Assembly: GCA_013115145.1 (NCBI GenBank)
Contig: JAAPAO010000060.1
Location: 1 to 64,000 of the forward strand
DNA length: 64,000 bases
Direction: 5' to 3'
Origin: Perkinsus chesapeaki ATCC PRA-425
Taxonomy: Eukaryota > Protista > Perkinsozoa
The position numbers and the translations under genes were made by a program. The notes under the pieces were generated by a model. It had not been told where the DNA came from, did no database searches, and saw nothing but the letters and a program-made list of their open reading frames with translations. Below, in pieces: positions 32,909 to 44,103 of this stretch. The stretch's first letter is position 1, and each line of letters starts with the position of its first letter.

Positions 32909-35621
32909 ATGATACAATTGTTGTCGTTTCTCCTACTGGGTCCGGAACTGGGAGCCAACGGTGCTGTGGTGCATTCGCATTACTCCTTTGCTGCCGACAG
33001 TCGGTTGTGTGATGGCTCGTGCAAGTAGGGTCGACGACGATGAGCGTATTCGTTATTGTTCCGATCTGTAAGGTACTGTGCTTCCTCGGCTGACCACGCT
33101 CACTGGGCGCGGGCGAAAAGACTGGCATCTCTTTATGCATATGGACGGCTCAGCTTGTCTGGAGAAGAGGCGGAGGACTTCCGGTTGATGCTGGAGGACG
33201 CGTGGCGGCCTAAGGTGGCCTGTAGAGGAGCAAGCCTGTGCAGTTGCTGGAGTAGGTCCATGCTTGCCTGTCTGGCGTAATGACTCTTCGACTGTTGGCC
33301 TATTCTCATGGAGATGCACTTGAGGAGCTGGTCTCGCATAATAACACTGCAACATTTGAGGATGTCCTTGTCGGCCTCAACACAGACACTGGGGTGTTGG
33401 ACATGTTGCAGAGTCATTGGAACGTCATCCTCAGCGATGGGTAGAGTGGTGGCATAGTAGTTGTAGTAGGCGCTCAATGCGAGGCTGTAGATGGCCGCTC
33501 TTCAAGTGCTTGGCTGCACTGTCGAGTAAGTTGGAGGCGATGGTTAGGGCCGAGAGGATATTGCCGTCCTCGGAGGGAAGGATGCAGCCCCATGATTGCT
33601 ATGAAGGCTTTGATGGGGAAGTTGACGGCATGTTCAAGTCGTGGTGGAAAGAGGGGAGTAAGCTGCCCCCAAATGCCTACGCACAAGTGAGCTCAATATC
33701 TCGGCTCCACAAGAGCGTATCTTTTCTGTGTCAGATGTTGTCCCAGTTTCGTCCGCGTTGCCCACTAGGTGCCGCAGTGGGTCTGTTGGGCCTCGCCGAG
33801 GAGCTCCTAGCATCCGGCGATGATCCCTATGAGCCCGCCCACTACTTTGGGCCAAACTACGGAACCGCGTCGCCCCCTTCCCTACCGCAGACTCTAGTGA
33901 CAATAGCCCAGGATACAGTGAAGGACTTTGCTTCCGAGGCGGATGAGAGATGGGTAGATATCCTTGCCACTTCATGGCCGCTTTGGGAAATGCTGGCTGA
34001 GATGGCCTGCACTGATGGCCGTGGAGCTGGCAGCAGCCATTGTGTGACACGTTCGAAGGTGCTTTGTATGACGCTGGATGGGAGATACTTGGCAGACTGT
34101 GAGCTCGGGGAAGGGGGGTATGTTCCGTGTGGGGAACACGATAAGTGTGATGTACCGAAGAATCCTTCACAGTGCGAATATCCACAGCAACCTAGCATGA
34201 GGGAAGTCGGGAGTGTACCAAATGCTTCGGCGATTCGATCTCTGGCAGTTCCTGGGAGACCTCGGCCACAGTGATGAAGCTCGATTCTGTTCCCAATGTG
34301 GGCAGGATGGCATCCTTCAGAGGGTAGCCCTGCAGTGCAACCACAGTAGGCCTTGGTGCAATAGATAGTCGGTGAGGTGGGTATCGGGAAGGAGGGCCGA
34401 CCCTACTATGTGGAGTTTGGTGCCAGAAAGCCGGACATGTTGAACTCTGCCTTCTGGCGTAGGTAGTGGCCGCCGCACTGCTCACTGAGAATATCGGTGC
34501 TTTTAGGAGTAGCCTGTGGATGGGAGGGACTCCTCATGGACTTCCAGCCGGGTCTGACTCCACATGGCAGATGTGATGAGGGCAAGTGTGGTGATACGAG
34601 CAGTGTAGGCAAGGGAGGGGGGAGGAGGAGGGAACACTGCGGAGGGGTGGGCCTAGGTTAAGGTTGAGATGGTTACGCCGGATAATATAAACGGACTGTT
34701 TGAGCTCTACGGCGTGCCGAGTGAGCCTACGATGGTCACCGTGGATGTAGACTACAATGACTTTTGGATCACCAAGGCTCTGCTAGACGCTAACAAGTAG
34801 GACGTGGAGCCATTCTCTCGGCACCGGCGGTGGTAATGCTGCAGGTATCGGCCCAGAATAATAGGTGTGGATTTCAATCCTGACTTCGATCTACATGAGT
34901 CGGTATCTGTTGTTCGTAATGATACTCATGAGTGGGATGGAACCAGGTGGTGGTGTTGGGAGACTCATACTCCCGATGGAGAGGGATGGACGACGACACA
35001 TCATGTCCACTTGCGGTCCTTTTTCGTGTACTTCTTTCTGGGGCATTAGACTCGCTGTATCGGAGTGCTGTTATGTTACTGCTGCTGCTGATCTTGAGGA
35101 ATCATAGGTCCAACGTAGAGATTCGGAGGTAGGGAGGAGGACGCTATAGAAGTAGTATCATCATCATCCGACACTGCCGTAACCGATATCCGTTTCGATA
35201 ATCGCACAGCGCGTCCCTGTGGAATAGAAATGTGTGCGGCAGTATCTTTATTGTTTGGTATGCCCAGGTACACCACCGCCTCCTTGCTAGCATTTGCAAG
35301 GCTACTGCGAGCTAATGGCTATTCCTATGCCTATTCCCTTGAGATGGTCAGCACCCGTTTGCTCATGTGAAGTCTTGACCATTTCACCGTCAGGGCTCCC
35401 ATGCCATATTTGTTCGTTCGGATCTATTGTCTCCATCAGACCGTAACTTGCCTCTGCGACAAGTAGGCCGGCGCCGGCCCACGTGCTTTAACATGTCCAA
35501 TGGCAGGTCCGTAAGAGATCTCATCCGAGGGATATGCTTGCTCGTCCATGGGTTCCTATTGATTCCTCTGGTGAGCCCTTTCTCTCGAGTTTGGGTGAGC
35601 TGTAGGGTCACCACAGACTAG
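32909..35621 (+). CDS. Secretory-pathway protein with a C-terminal FkbM-like class I SAM methyltransferase domain
   Basis: Signal-like MIQLLSFLLLG. C-terminal motifs: FCSQCGQDGILQR; YYVEFGARKPDMLNSAFWR; GWEGLLMD; VTPDNINGLFELYGVPSEPTMVTVDVDYNDFWI; YRPRII..DFNP; TASLLAFARLLRANGYSY; HAIFVRSDL. Confidence 0.8.
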
Positions 35622-36018
35622 TAGTCTGTGACTACTAACTAGGTTATTATAATGTAGTCTGAAACTACATCTTGCCATGTGTGACATGTTCCCTACTTTA
35701 GTGCTCACTGTGGTGGTGGCTCAAGTTCGTTTCCCGCATATCGGACTTGCTGTGTTGCGTTTTCGTTGAATTGCCACCACGTGCCACCCGTATACCATCT
35801 CCTCGCCTTCCTTCCCCATTCCGTAAGATCCTTCCTTTCATGTTCTATGAAATTTAACGAGTCTATGAGTCATAGACTCGAGCTCGTGCACTAGTCGATC
35901 GTGGAGCTCCAAACTGCTCGGGCAGCAGCACCGGTTTGACCTTGCTTTTTGCCGCGGCCTTGTCGCTCGAGGTTGCCCGAGGTAATCCTTCTCCGTGAAT
36001 CAGAGCGGTCAGGGAGGG

Positions 36019-36303
36019 TCATCTAACCTCACAGAGATGTGTCCCTGGCGAAGTGCTCCTGATGCGGAGGAGGTGATCTAATGGGAATCCTTTTGACAAG
36101 TATGTTCCAAGACTAGAAGGAAACATCCTCCTGCGGAGACCACTGGATCTTTCATGATGACTCTCTGATGAGTCATCAGTGATGACACCGGTAACACTCT
36201 TTCCTGCACACTCACGTGTGAGATTCAACCAGCTATCGCCAAGTTCCACCGGGTTGTTTCCACTGTCTATTTCTTCGCTCTTTGTCATCCATCCTGATGG
36301 CAC
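36019..36303 (-). CDS. Possible exon of a small hypothetical gene divergent from the mL40-like gene
   Basis: 94-codon open frame ending at a GTTAG donor-like site. No family recognised. Confidence 0.2.
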   Translation of the reverse strand: MPSGWMTKSEEIDSGNNPVELGDSWLNLTRECAGKSVTGVITDDSSESHHERSSGLRRRMFPSSLGTYLSKGFPLDHLLRIRSTSPGTHLCEVR

Positions 36304-36370
36304 TTCCGGTTCGTCCCGTCACTGCTGCTCGGTCTATCATATTCCATCTCTTGAGTTTATCTAATTTACC

Positions 36371-37379
36371 ATGACATCGCGGGGCGGCGGCTGCTGCTGC
36401 ACCAGCCTTCTGCGTCAAAGTAGCCGAGTAGAGGTACCTATGAGGAAGCTCAAGAAGCAAAAGGCCAAAGGGCGCTTCCAGCCAAATGTGAAGAAAGTTG
36501 TAAGTCTCCACGGTTGGCGTGTACTGCTATGGTTGAGGTCCCCTCTCAGAGTGATGCCATGGCCCCGGGCTCCGAATTGGTCCCCTACATCCCTAGAGAG
36601 TATGTAAGAGTGACAACACGCTTCTTCAGCAACCCGGAGCAGGTAAGCTTCTTCCCGGTAGAAGGGGTCTTTATCACAATTTGGCCACAACAGCAGCAGC
36701 AGCAGAACCTGTATTCGATGGCTCAATGGGCATGATGCTCTGACTCTATTATTATGAGGCGTCACTTCAGATTGAGGCGTTGATGAACTTTATATTTTCC
36801 CCATTGAAGCCCGAGGACACAGATGACGACAGGAGAGAGTATGAGGAAGAGTTGGGCCGATTTAAGGACATGCAGCACAAGTACACCGAAGGGTTCCGGT
36901 AGGGTGCGAAGTGTTGCTTTGATGCTATTCTGTTATTAGAAAGCATGAGGAGGAGGCGGAACGGCTTGCTCACGCCGCTATTGCGCAGCTACCTGCGGAA
37001 CTCTACGATGAGGCAATTAAGAGCGAACCGGAAGCCCTTCCAAAGGAACTGAAATTGCATGTGATGTAAGGTGGTGACGAGTTTGAAGAGGCAGAAAGAT
37101 GCTTCTTCGCCTGTGAGGTACCACGACCAATTCCGACAGGACCTGACCGAGCTTGAGCAAGTTAAGCTGCAGCTGTTCCACAATCTAATGTGATGATGTC
37201 ATCTCCGCTTGGAACCATTCCGGTCGATAGGCTCATATAGGTACATCCGATACCCTCATTACGAGCACAAGAGAAGGAGCCCTGAAAAGTTCTGGGTACC
37301 CGAGAACAGGATCATGTCACGACAGCAGGAGGCCGCTCTGAAGCAGAAGGAGGCGACGCACCGTCTGTCCGGGCGATAG
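36371..37379 (+). CDS. Putative mitochondrial large-subunit ribosomal protein, mL40-like
   Basis: Basic N-terminus (MRKLKKQKAKGRFQP), helical REYEEELGRFKDMQHKY and AIAQLPAELYDEAIKSEPEALPKEL, resembling mL40 (ELYEEA..P). Multi-exon, stop at 37377-37379. Confidence 0.5.
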
Positions 37380-37508
37380 TGCTGCTGTCGGCATGTTTAC
37401 TAGGAAAAGTGTTTCCGAATCAAGAATTCATTTTGTTAGTCAATCTATCGTCGGTTGTAATCGTCCAGTGCAGGGTGCTTCGTACATGATGCAGCTCAGA
37501 GCGGGAAA

Positions 37509-38740
37509 ATGAGTGAGAAAGTAGGGCAGCCTTCTATTCGATTACACCCAAGTGTTCGACTAGGCAATACGAATCGATGCGTCGAAGTCCCCTGAGTGCT
37601 CTCTAGGGCCAGATCTTATGAAGTAGCCATCAGCCGGACAGTCTCCATTCAACTGTCTGCCTTCTTATCCAGTTCAGTTTTCGGGTCTACCAGAGACACG
37701 AGCCTGGAGGCCCCTCCCCTGGGGGAGTACTCAATAGAAGGTACAGTTTCACTAACAATACCGCGGACCTGCTTGCGAACAGATGAACAGTTCCGCTCAG
37801 CCAGTCGTGCGCAACTTGGTCGAGCGAGCTCGGCGCGGCAACCTCCGTCTGTTGATGTTGAAGAATATTTAAAGTTAGAGAAAATGGAGTTTGGGCAGAG
37901 TTCGCAACATTTTTCAGAACAATCCTACCTGGGAGATTTCATCACACTTTCGACTGCGAAAGCCTCTTGAGTGTTGCCATGAAGGGAGACAGATCACACA
38001 AGACTCGAGTGAAGGTAACTTCAGATGCATACGGGGGAGGATTCGAGCATCGGTAGGTGCGGTCGCGAGAGGAGGACAGGAAATTGGTGAGGAAATGGAG
38101 GGAGGAGAAAGTGAGGGAGACGAAAAGGAGAGAACAAGAACATTTGGAGAGTCAGCGAGTAAACGAAATGAAACCGCAATGGGTGTTGATTGTCGAGCAG
38201 GCTTTGGAGCTGCAGCAGAGGAGGGCCGAGACAGCTCGCAGGCGGCGAGGGAAGCTTCTGAAGGAGCGGCTTTATGAGTATGAACTTGACAAGGAGATGA
38301 TCAGAGAGAGCACTGAAAGGGAGAGGGAGGCAAAGGAGTTAAGGGCAAAGCTCGCAGTTAGGGAAGATAACAAGTGAGCTCCACCTCTCCAGCAGTTTTA
38401 ATTTATCTTCAGTCGTCGTGAGGAAGTGAAGCGGCAAATTGCCGAGTGGCGAGAGTCTCGGCCGGTAGAGGAGGACCCTGTAGCGAGCGTCCAGCTGGAT
38501 GCAAGGCATCTTAGTAGCCCTGCCACTCCGCACTGCAGTATTGCTGCAATCGAAAGAGACAGTCGAGGTGCCAAGATCGATGGCTCCTCCCTGAAGCTCC
38601 CAGCACTGAGGAAGTTAGTTCTAGCTCGGGGTAGTCCAGCCTCGGTAGTGAGCCATAGGTCTCCGAGGGCAGCCGACTCGGGCAGTACCATGACAGAGTG
38701 GATTATAAGGCACTTAAGGCCGAATACTGTGAGGATATGA
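37509..38740 (+). CDS. Coiled-coil hypothetical protein
   Basis: E/R/K-rich exon 38057-38374 plus flanking open exons (37596, 38426). Confidence 0.55.
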
Positions 38741-38802
38741 ACCTTCTAGAACGGTTGAGTTTTCCACTTGGCAGTCTGCTGGGGGATTTGTAGGGTAGTT
38801 TT

Positions 38803-39816
38803 ATGTCCTGTATGATATGGGAAGAAACGAGTGGTGAGGAGAGTCAGATTTTCAGTATTGCTACACCGCCGGGCTCGAGGAGGTCTACTGAGGAATGTGG
38901 ACAGCTGCTGAAGGAAATACAACGGCGAAGGGCGACCGAGGAGCGAATGGCCGACGAAATAGATCGACTGGAGAGGGAAGGAAACGACTTGAGGCTGCAA
39001 GTGGCACAAGTAGGTCGATGACTTTGCGTTCCATCACTCTGGTGGCAGGCAACCGAGAAGCTTCGGCAAAAGCAGCGTGAACTCTCCTCTGCCGCAGCTG
39101 ATCTGGAGGTATCTCGGCAACTCGAACGGCAGGCGAGTCTCGAGGCAGAAAGGGCTCACCGTGAAGTTGAGTGCCTTCGACTCGAGACAGACAGATTGAA
39201 CAGAGAGCTGAGCGATGGAGCACGAAACGGAGCTTTGCTGGTGGCCGAGAAGGAACGAACCATTCAGGAGCTTCGTCAAGCTCTGGAGAGGGCAACTCAG
39301 TGGGCAATGGAGAATGATGAAGCTCATGGCACTAAGTGGGAAAGGCTTGTGTCGAAGAGAGAAGGAAACTCCGGTCCACTTGTCGAACTGCGTGGGACCA
39401 CTGGAGACATGGAGGAAGCTGCGAAGCAGGACGAAGAAGAAACTGATTTTTTCGAGTCTTATGATACATGCGAAAGCACTGTCTGTGACCAGCAAATGAA
39501 ATCCACACCAGCGAAAGCAGTAATTTCCGAACTACAGACGGAGCCGCAAAGCTCTCTGAAATCCCGAAGAAGTGGTTGCGACAGCAGCACCGTACATGAC
39601 TTGAGGTTCTCTCCGGGAAGCGTCAGCGAGGCCTCCTCACGAGCGTCTATCAAGTCGAGTGACATCGATTCCCATAGCTCCAGCAATTGCAGCACGAATC
39701 CCGGCTTGCCTATTGGTCGGCCGAAGTTTACATTGGGGCCAGTTACGAAAGAGCACAAAAGACGGCAAAGTAAGAGGATTGATGCGAATGCAGCTAATGC
39801 ATGCCCTACTCAATAG
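38803..39816 (+). CDS. Coiled-coil protein with a Ser-rich C-terminus
   Basis: Heptad-rich exons (LLKEIQRRRATEERMADEIDRLEREGNDLRLQVAQ; ORF 39196-39816). Start approximate. Confidence 0.6.
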
Positions 39817-40116
39817 TCACTATTGTTGTTGGAACCATTTAATATTGTGTTATAGACAGTCCACACTGATGCTGATTGGTACAAACGGAACTCCGAGGAG
39901 CTTTGTAATGTCATAATGCATTACTAAGTCCCCGATTGCGGAGCATCCAGGGTTATTATCGTCGAGTGGAATACTCTGGTATATCTAGATTCACGGCCGT
40001 GACAGGAGGCCTCCCATAGCATCTACGGTGGCAGCCTGTCACTCGAGCCGGATTCAGATCTTGAGTGTTTCATGCGCCATCGGATGCGGTGGTTATTGTT
40101 GTGGGTACGAATAGCT

Positions 40117-43100
40117 TCAGCCTTGCCCAGTAAAGTGAGATATACTCAGTGACAAGAGCTTTCGAATACTTTGTGTCGGATGTCCCAACTGCATAACTTC
40201 CACTCCCAGCACTTCACACAACAACAAGTAGAAACACAATGATAAATAGTCACGAAACAAAGTACAAGCTTCAATGGCGAGTCGGAGAGAGCTGCCGGGG
40301 GCGATAGGCTGATCCTCCAATGCTAGACCAGACCTGCTGAAATACTCGAGATGCCGATCGCATCCTCGCGTAAGGCTCCGCACCAGTTCCTGTATAGTAA
40401 CCTCCATGTCCGTCATGAACTGTGTGGTTTGCTCTACATACCGCTTTTTCACTTCCTCCAGCTCACGACACCTTAACAGCAGCAGCAGCCATGACGTCGC
40501 AGCAAACACGATAGGCTTACTCGTGGAGCGCTGATGTATACTCTTTGCTCCTTTCAGTAAGTGCCTCCTTGGCACTATGACACTCCCTTTCCACTTGGAT
40601 CACTCGGTCTAGTGTCCTCTACAATAAAAGAATTTTCGTGATCCTGGGCCGAATACACTTACCGGAAGCGGCTCGTTCTCTCCTATGTCATCTACTGTAC
40701 TGGAATCACGGTGTCGCGCACCTTCAGGGGACGGAGGCACCCCTAGCAAACCCAAGTCACTAAGAGACTCCCTCCTCCCAGTCGAGCCCGTGGAGCCACG
40801 TCGCTGCGTAAGATTGGCCATCGGTATCGTTCGGGAGAGTGGCGATAAATCATAAGCCATGAGAGGACCTGGGCTGTCTGGGTTCACAGCTTCCCGGGCC
40901 CTCCCCTGCAACTTGGCCGACAGCACTAGCTTCCTCTGCTGAAGCATGTGATATCGGGCTAAGGCTCGATCTCTAGCCATGGCGAGGTCGTCTCGGTGCT
41001 TCTCAGCAGGGAGTAGTTTATGCACCTGAAAATACGGAAATTATGAAGCAGCGGCAAGGGAGAAGGCACCTCGAATGAGGAGAGCCGGGACGTTAGAACT
41101 GCCATGTCCCGTCCAAGTTGGGCATTCCGCTCCCTAATAGCGTGTTTGAGCTCGCAGACCTGCCGTAAGGGCACGCGGAGTGATGATGTCCCCGGTGCTG
41201 AGGGAGGCAAGCATAACCGAGGAGCTCCGAGTGTTTCTTACACTCCCTTGATTGCTGTTTCTCACGCCACAGAGGTTTGTTCTTCGTTATCAGAGCGTTA
41301 GTATCGATAACTAGATCTCCTGGAGGCTCTATCGAGAAGCCAATAACTCCTAATGGTATCGGCTCATCTACCTGATTGGCCCGCATGAGAACTCCGCGTC
41401 AACCCAGAGCCTACCAAGACACCACTATTTTGATGCTCTAAACCTCGTCCCGAGTCCTGCGCTTCGGTGTCCCCGTTGGTAGCGCTCCGCCTCGTAATGG
41501 CGCTTTGAATTATACTAAAGCCATCATTGAGCCTCTCCCGTAGGGACCGAGAAGACGAGGAGAAATCATCAGCTAACGACGCCACTTCACTCGGTGGTGC
41601 TTCTGAACCTCCTCTGTGGCCGGTGATGGCTTCTATCAAGACTACCTGTTTGGCACTCCTCCAGCAGCCGTCCTGGGATATTCTTCACCGCCTCGAGCAA
41701 CCGGGAGGTCTGAAACTCCCCAGCATACTCGACCAAGTCTCTATTAGTAACCTAGCACGTAAATACACTACCATTCCCGAATACAGTAACACCACCTTGC
41801 AACCATCGAGTATCTTGAACATCGCTCGCTCCTGTGCCCGCCGCTTGCCAGATTCGCTATCTGCTCTCATAAAGTCCGTGCCATGCTTTGAATTCTGCGC
41901 AATAGTTCCCCGAAGTCCTTGCCTTGGAGTACAGCTCTACCTGCATGTATCTAGAAATCTCCTCCATCTTCATCCTCAGCAGCTTCGGTTCCAATGCAGT
42001 CAATATCGCCATACCTGGACCATCAATATACAAGGGACTGCTGTGAGGCATCATCACTCACCCGTCTTGAAAACGACCTTCCATCCGCACAGGAAAAATA
42101 GGTCGTAGACGTATTTGAGGAAGTCGGCGTCCACATAATAACCGAACAGCGTCATCACCCACTGCTGGGCGAAAACATCCACGGTGAAGGAGTGACTGTT
42201 GAGATGGTGCCATAATCCCGGAAGATTCTTCCGTGCAACACACGAGAATTGTCGCCTGATATACACATCATTCCCCCCGCCAGCTCTACCAGCATTCTAC
42301 ATTCTTAAAGGGAGAAGAGGCACTCCTGGAGAGAAGAGATATCGATACTGAAAGTTATCGAGGAGGCATTGCATCATCACGAAGGCATTGGCTGGATCCA
42401 AGTCCAAATGGATGAGCAATACCGCAACGATGAAGTTCATGCCTTGACAGTAACTACCAACGAGGCCCTAGCAAGCACAGCAGCAGCAGCAGCCACTTTC
42501 AAGTACCCTATGCTGGGGTTGGCGTTGGCAACGGCCACAAGAACGTTTTGTAACTTCGCATGGATCTCCCCTTCATCTTTAACGAATAGCTCGTGGGTTG
42601 GCAGTGTCCGCCGGACGTCCCGAGCTATCTCGTGTGCTAGCTCTCTATCGTGAGGAGAGCTGCTGCCGCCGCCAGCATCGTGCACCCCCAAATAGTAGTC
42701 GTAACATTTGTGATAATCCCCTGCGAAATCCCGCAGTAGAGGGAGATCCCTAGCATGCCCGCAGTACTCCATCCAGAACCACCGACGCTCCTCTCCATCC
42801 CCAACTGCACAATGACAGACTGCCAACTTCAGCCACTTTTTCTCGCCAAGCCAATGCCATCGAGAGCACACCCGCCCACTACACTTTACCACATCTTTCA
42901 TGGAAAGATATCCGCTTGGTATCGCTAGCGTAAGTGCTTGCTCGCATACAGATAAAGAAGTGTCCGACTTAGGCCGCGTTCCATCGACGTAATGACTGAT
43001 GGGGGGAAGAACAGGTTTCATCGATCTAGAGCTTCTACTGCTGCTGCTGCTGCTGGGCGAGTGGACCGCGAGAGGCTCTGGTAGCTCAGCAACGCTGCAT

Positions 43101-43240
43101 TGCTTTGATGAAGAGGAGGATGATGAGTAGGGATTATCCTGGGTAGTACTCGATAAAGTTGGGGAGTTCAACGAGGACTGAGATCGTTGACACACCAAGA
43201 TTGGCCAACGCCAACCCACCCTAGTAGAACAGTGTTTCAC
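40117..43240 (-). CDS. TBC-domain Rab GTPase-activating protein with F-box-like N-region and C-terminal coiled coil
   Basis: EIARDVRRTLP (IxxDxxR); NPSIGY|xQGMNFIVAVLL (YxQ); VFAQQWVMTLFGYY; YDLFFLCGWKVVFK. Downstream exons are coiled-coil. The ORF starts at GTG, so the true start is uncertain. Confidence 0.9.
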
Positions 43241-44103
43241 AATACACTTCGTTATCGATTAAGACAGTATACGAAAAATGTTTTGTCATGCTTAGGACTC
43301 CTCATCCTACAAGTTTCATGTTTTCAGTCGCTGAAATTATAAAATTATGACATTTTCCGTTTTGGACTATCAAAATGGAAGACACTGAAAGTACGGTGAG
43401 TGAGCGACTGTCTTCATCTCTACGATCTACAAATCTGGAAAACTTCGGCTTAGCTCCAGCGAATCCCAAGCGTACTAAATGTTGGGGTGGAAAAATTTAA
43501 CATTCCAACTGCGAAGCCCCAACAGAATTTCCGACACTACCGAGGATCGACCCTCCATTACAAATGTCTGTGACCCTCGCAAGACACAACGCTACTACAG
43601 CTGATGCCTCGCCATGTATTTCCCTTATATCACCTCGTCCCTGCCCGCCTTGTCTGGAGATGTTCTATATTGTTGCCGCTGATGGATCCCTCCTCCTTCT
43701 ACTGTTACTGGCCATCGCTTTCTCCTACTGTGGCCTCGAGGACGGTAGAGTCCCCCACCAGTGCGAGGGCTATTAGGCATCCTTATTGAATATGAAAACT
43801 ACCTTCGAGTAGTTACGGAAAGTAGACATCAACGTGCTCGTAAAATACAGCCCCAGCTAGCAACCGGAGTTGGCGCCAGTGTTGAATAGGTTGTTCTTTC
43901 GCCTGGAGATTCTCGCCTAAATCACCCTGCGCGTAGCTCAAATGGCTCGATACCCAAACTCCCTCAAAATGAATAACATCAACGCAAGAGACAATGTATA
44001 GGAAACCAGAGGCATATGGACCCTGACGCGACGATTAATGAAAAAAATGTAGGCGGCGGCAACCAACGGTGTATGGATGAAGCTGCACTGGCCTCTTGCT
44101 GGC

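Noticed and set aside
43564-43789. Small ORFs 43564-43776 and 43604-43789
   Set aside because: Short overlapping frames with no recognisable motif or splice support.
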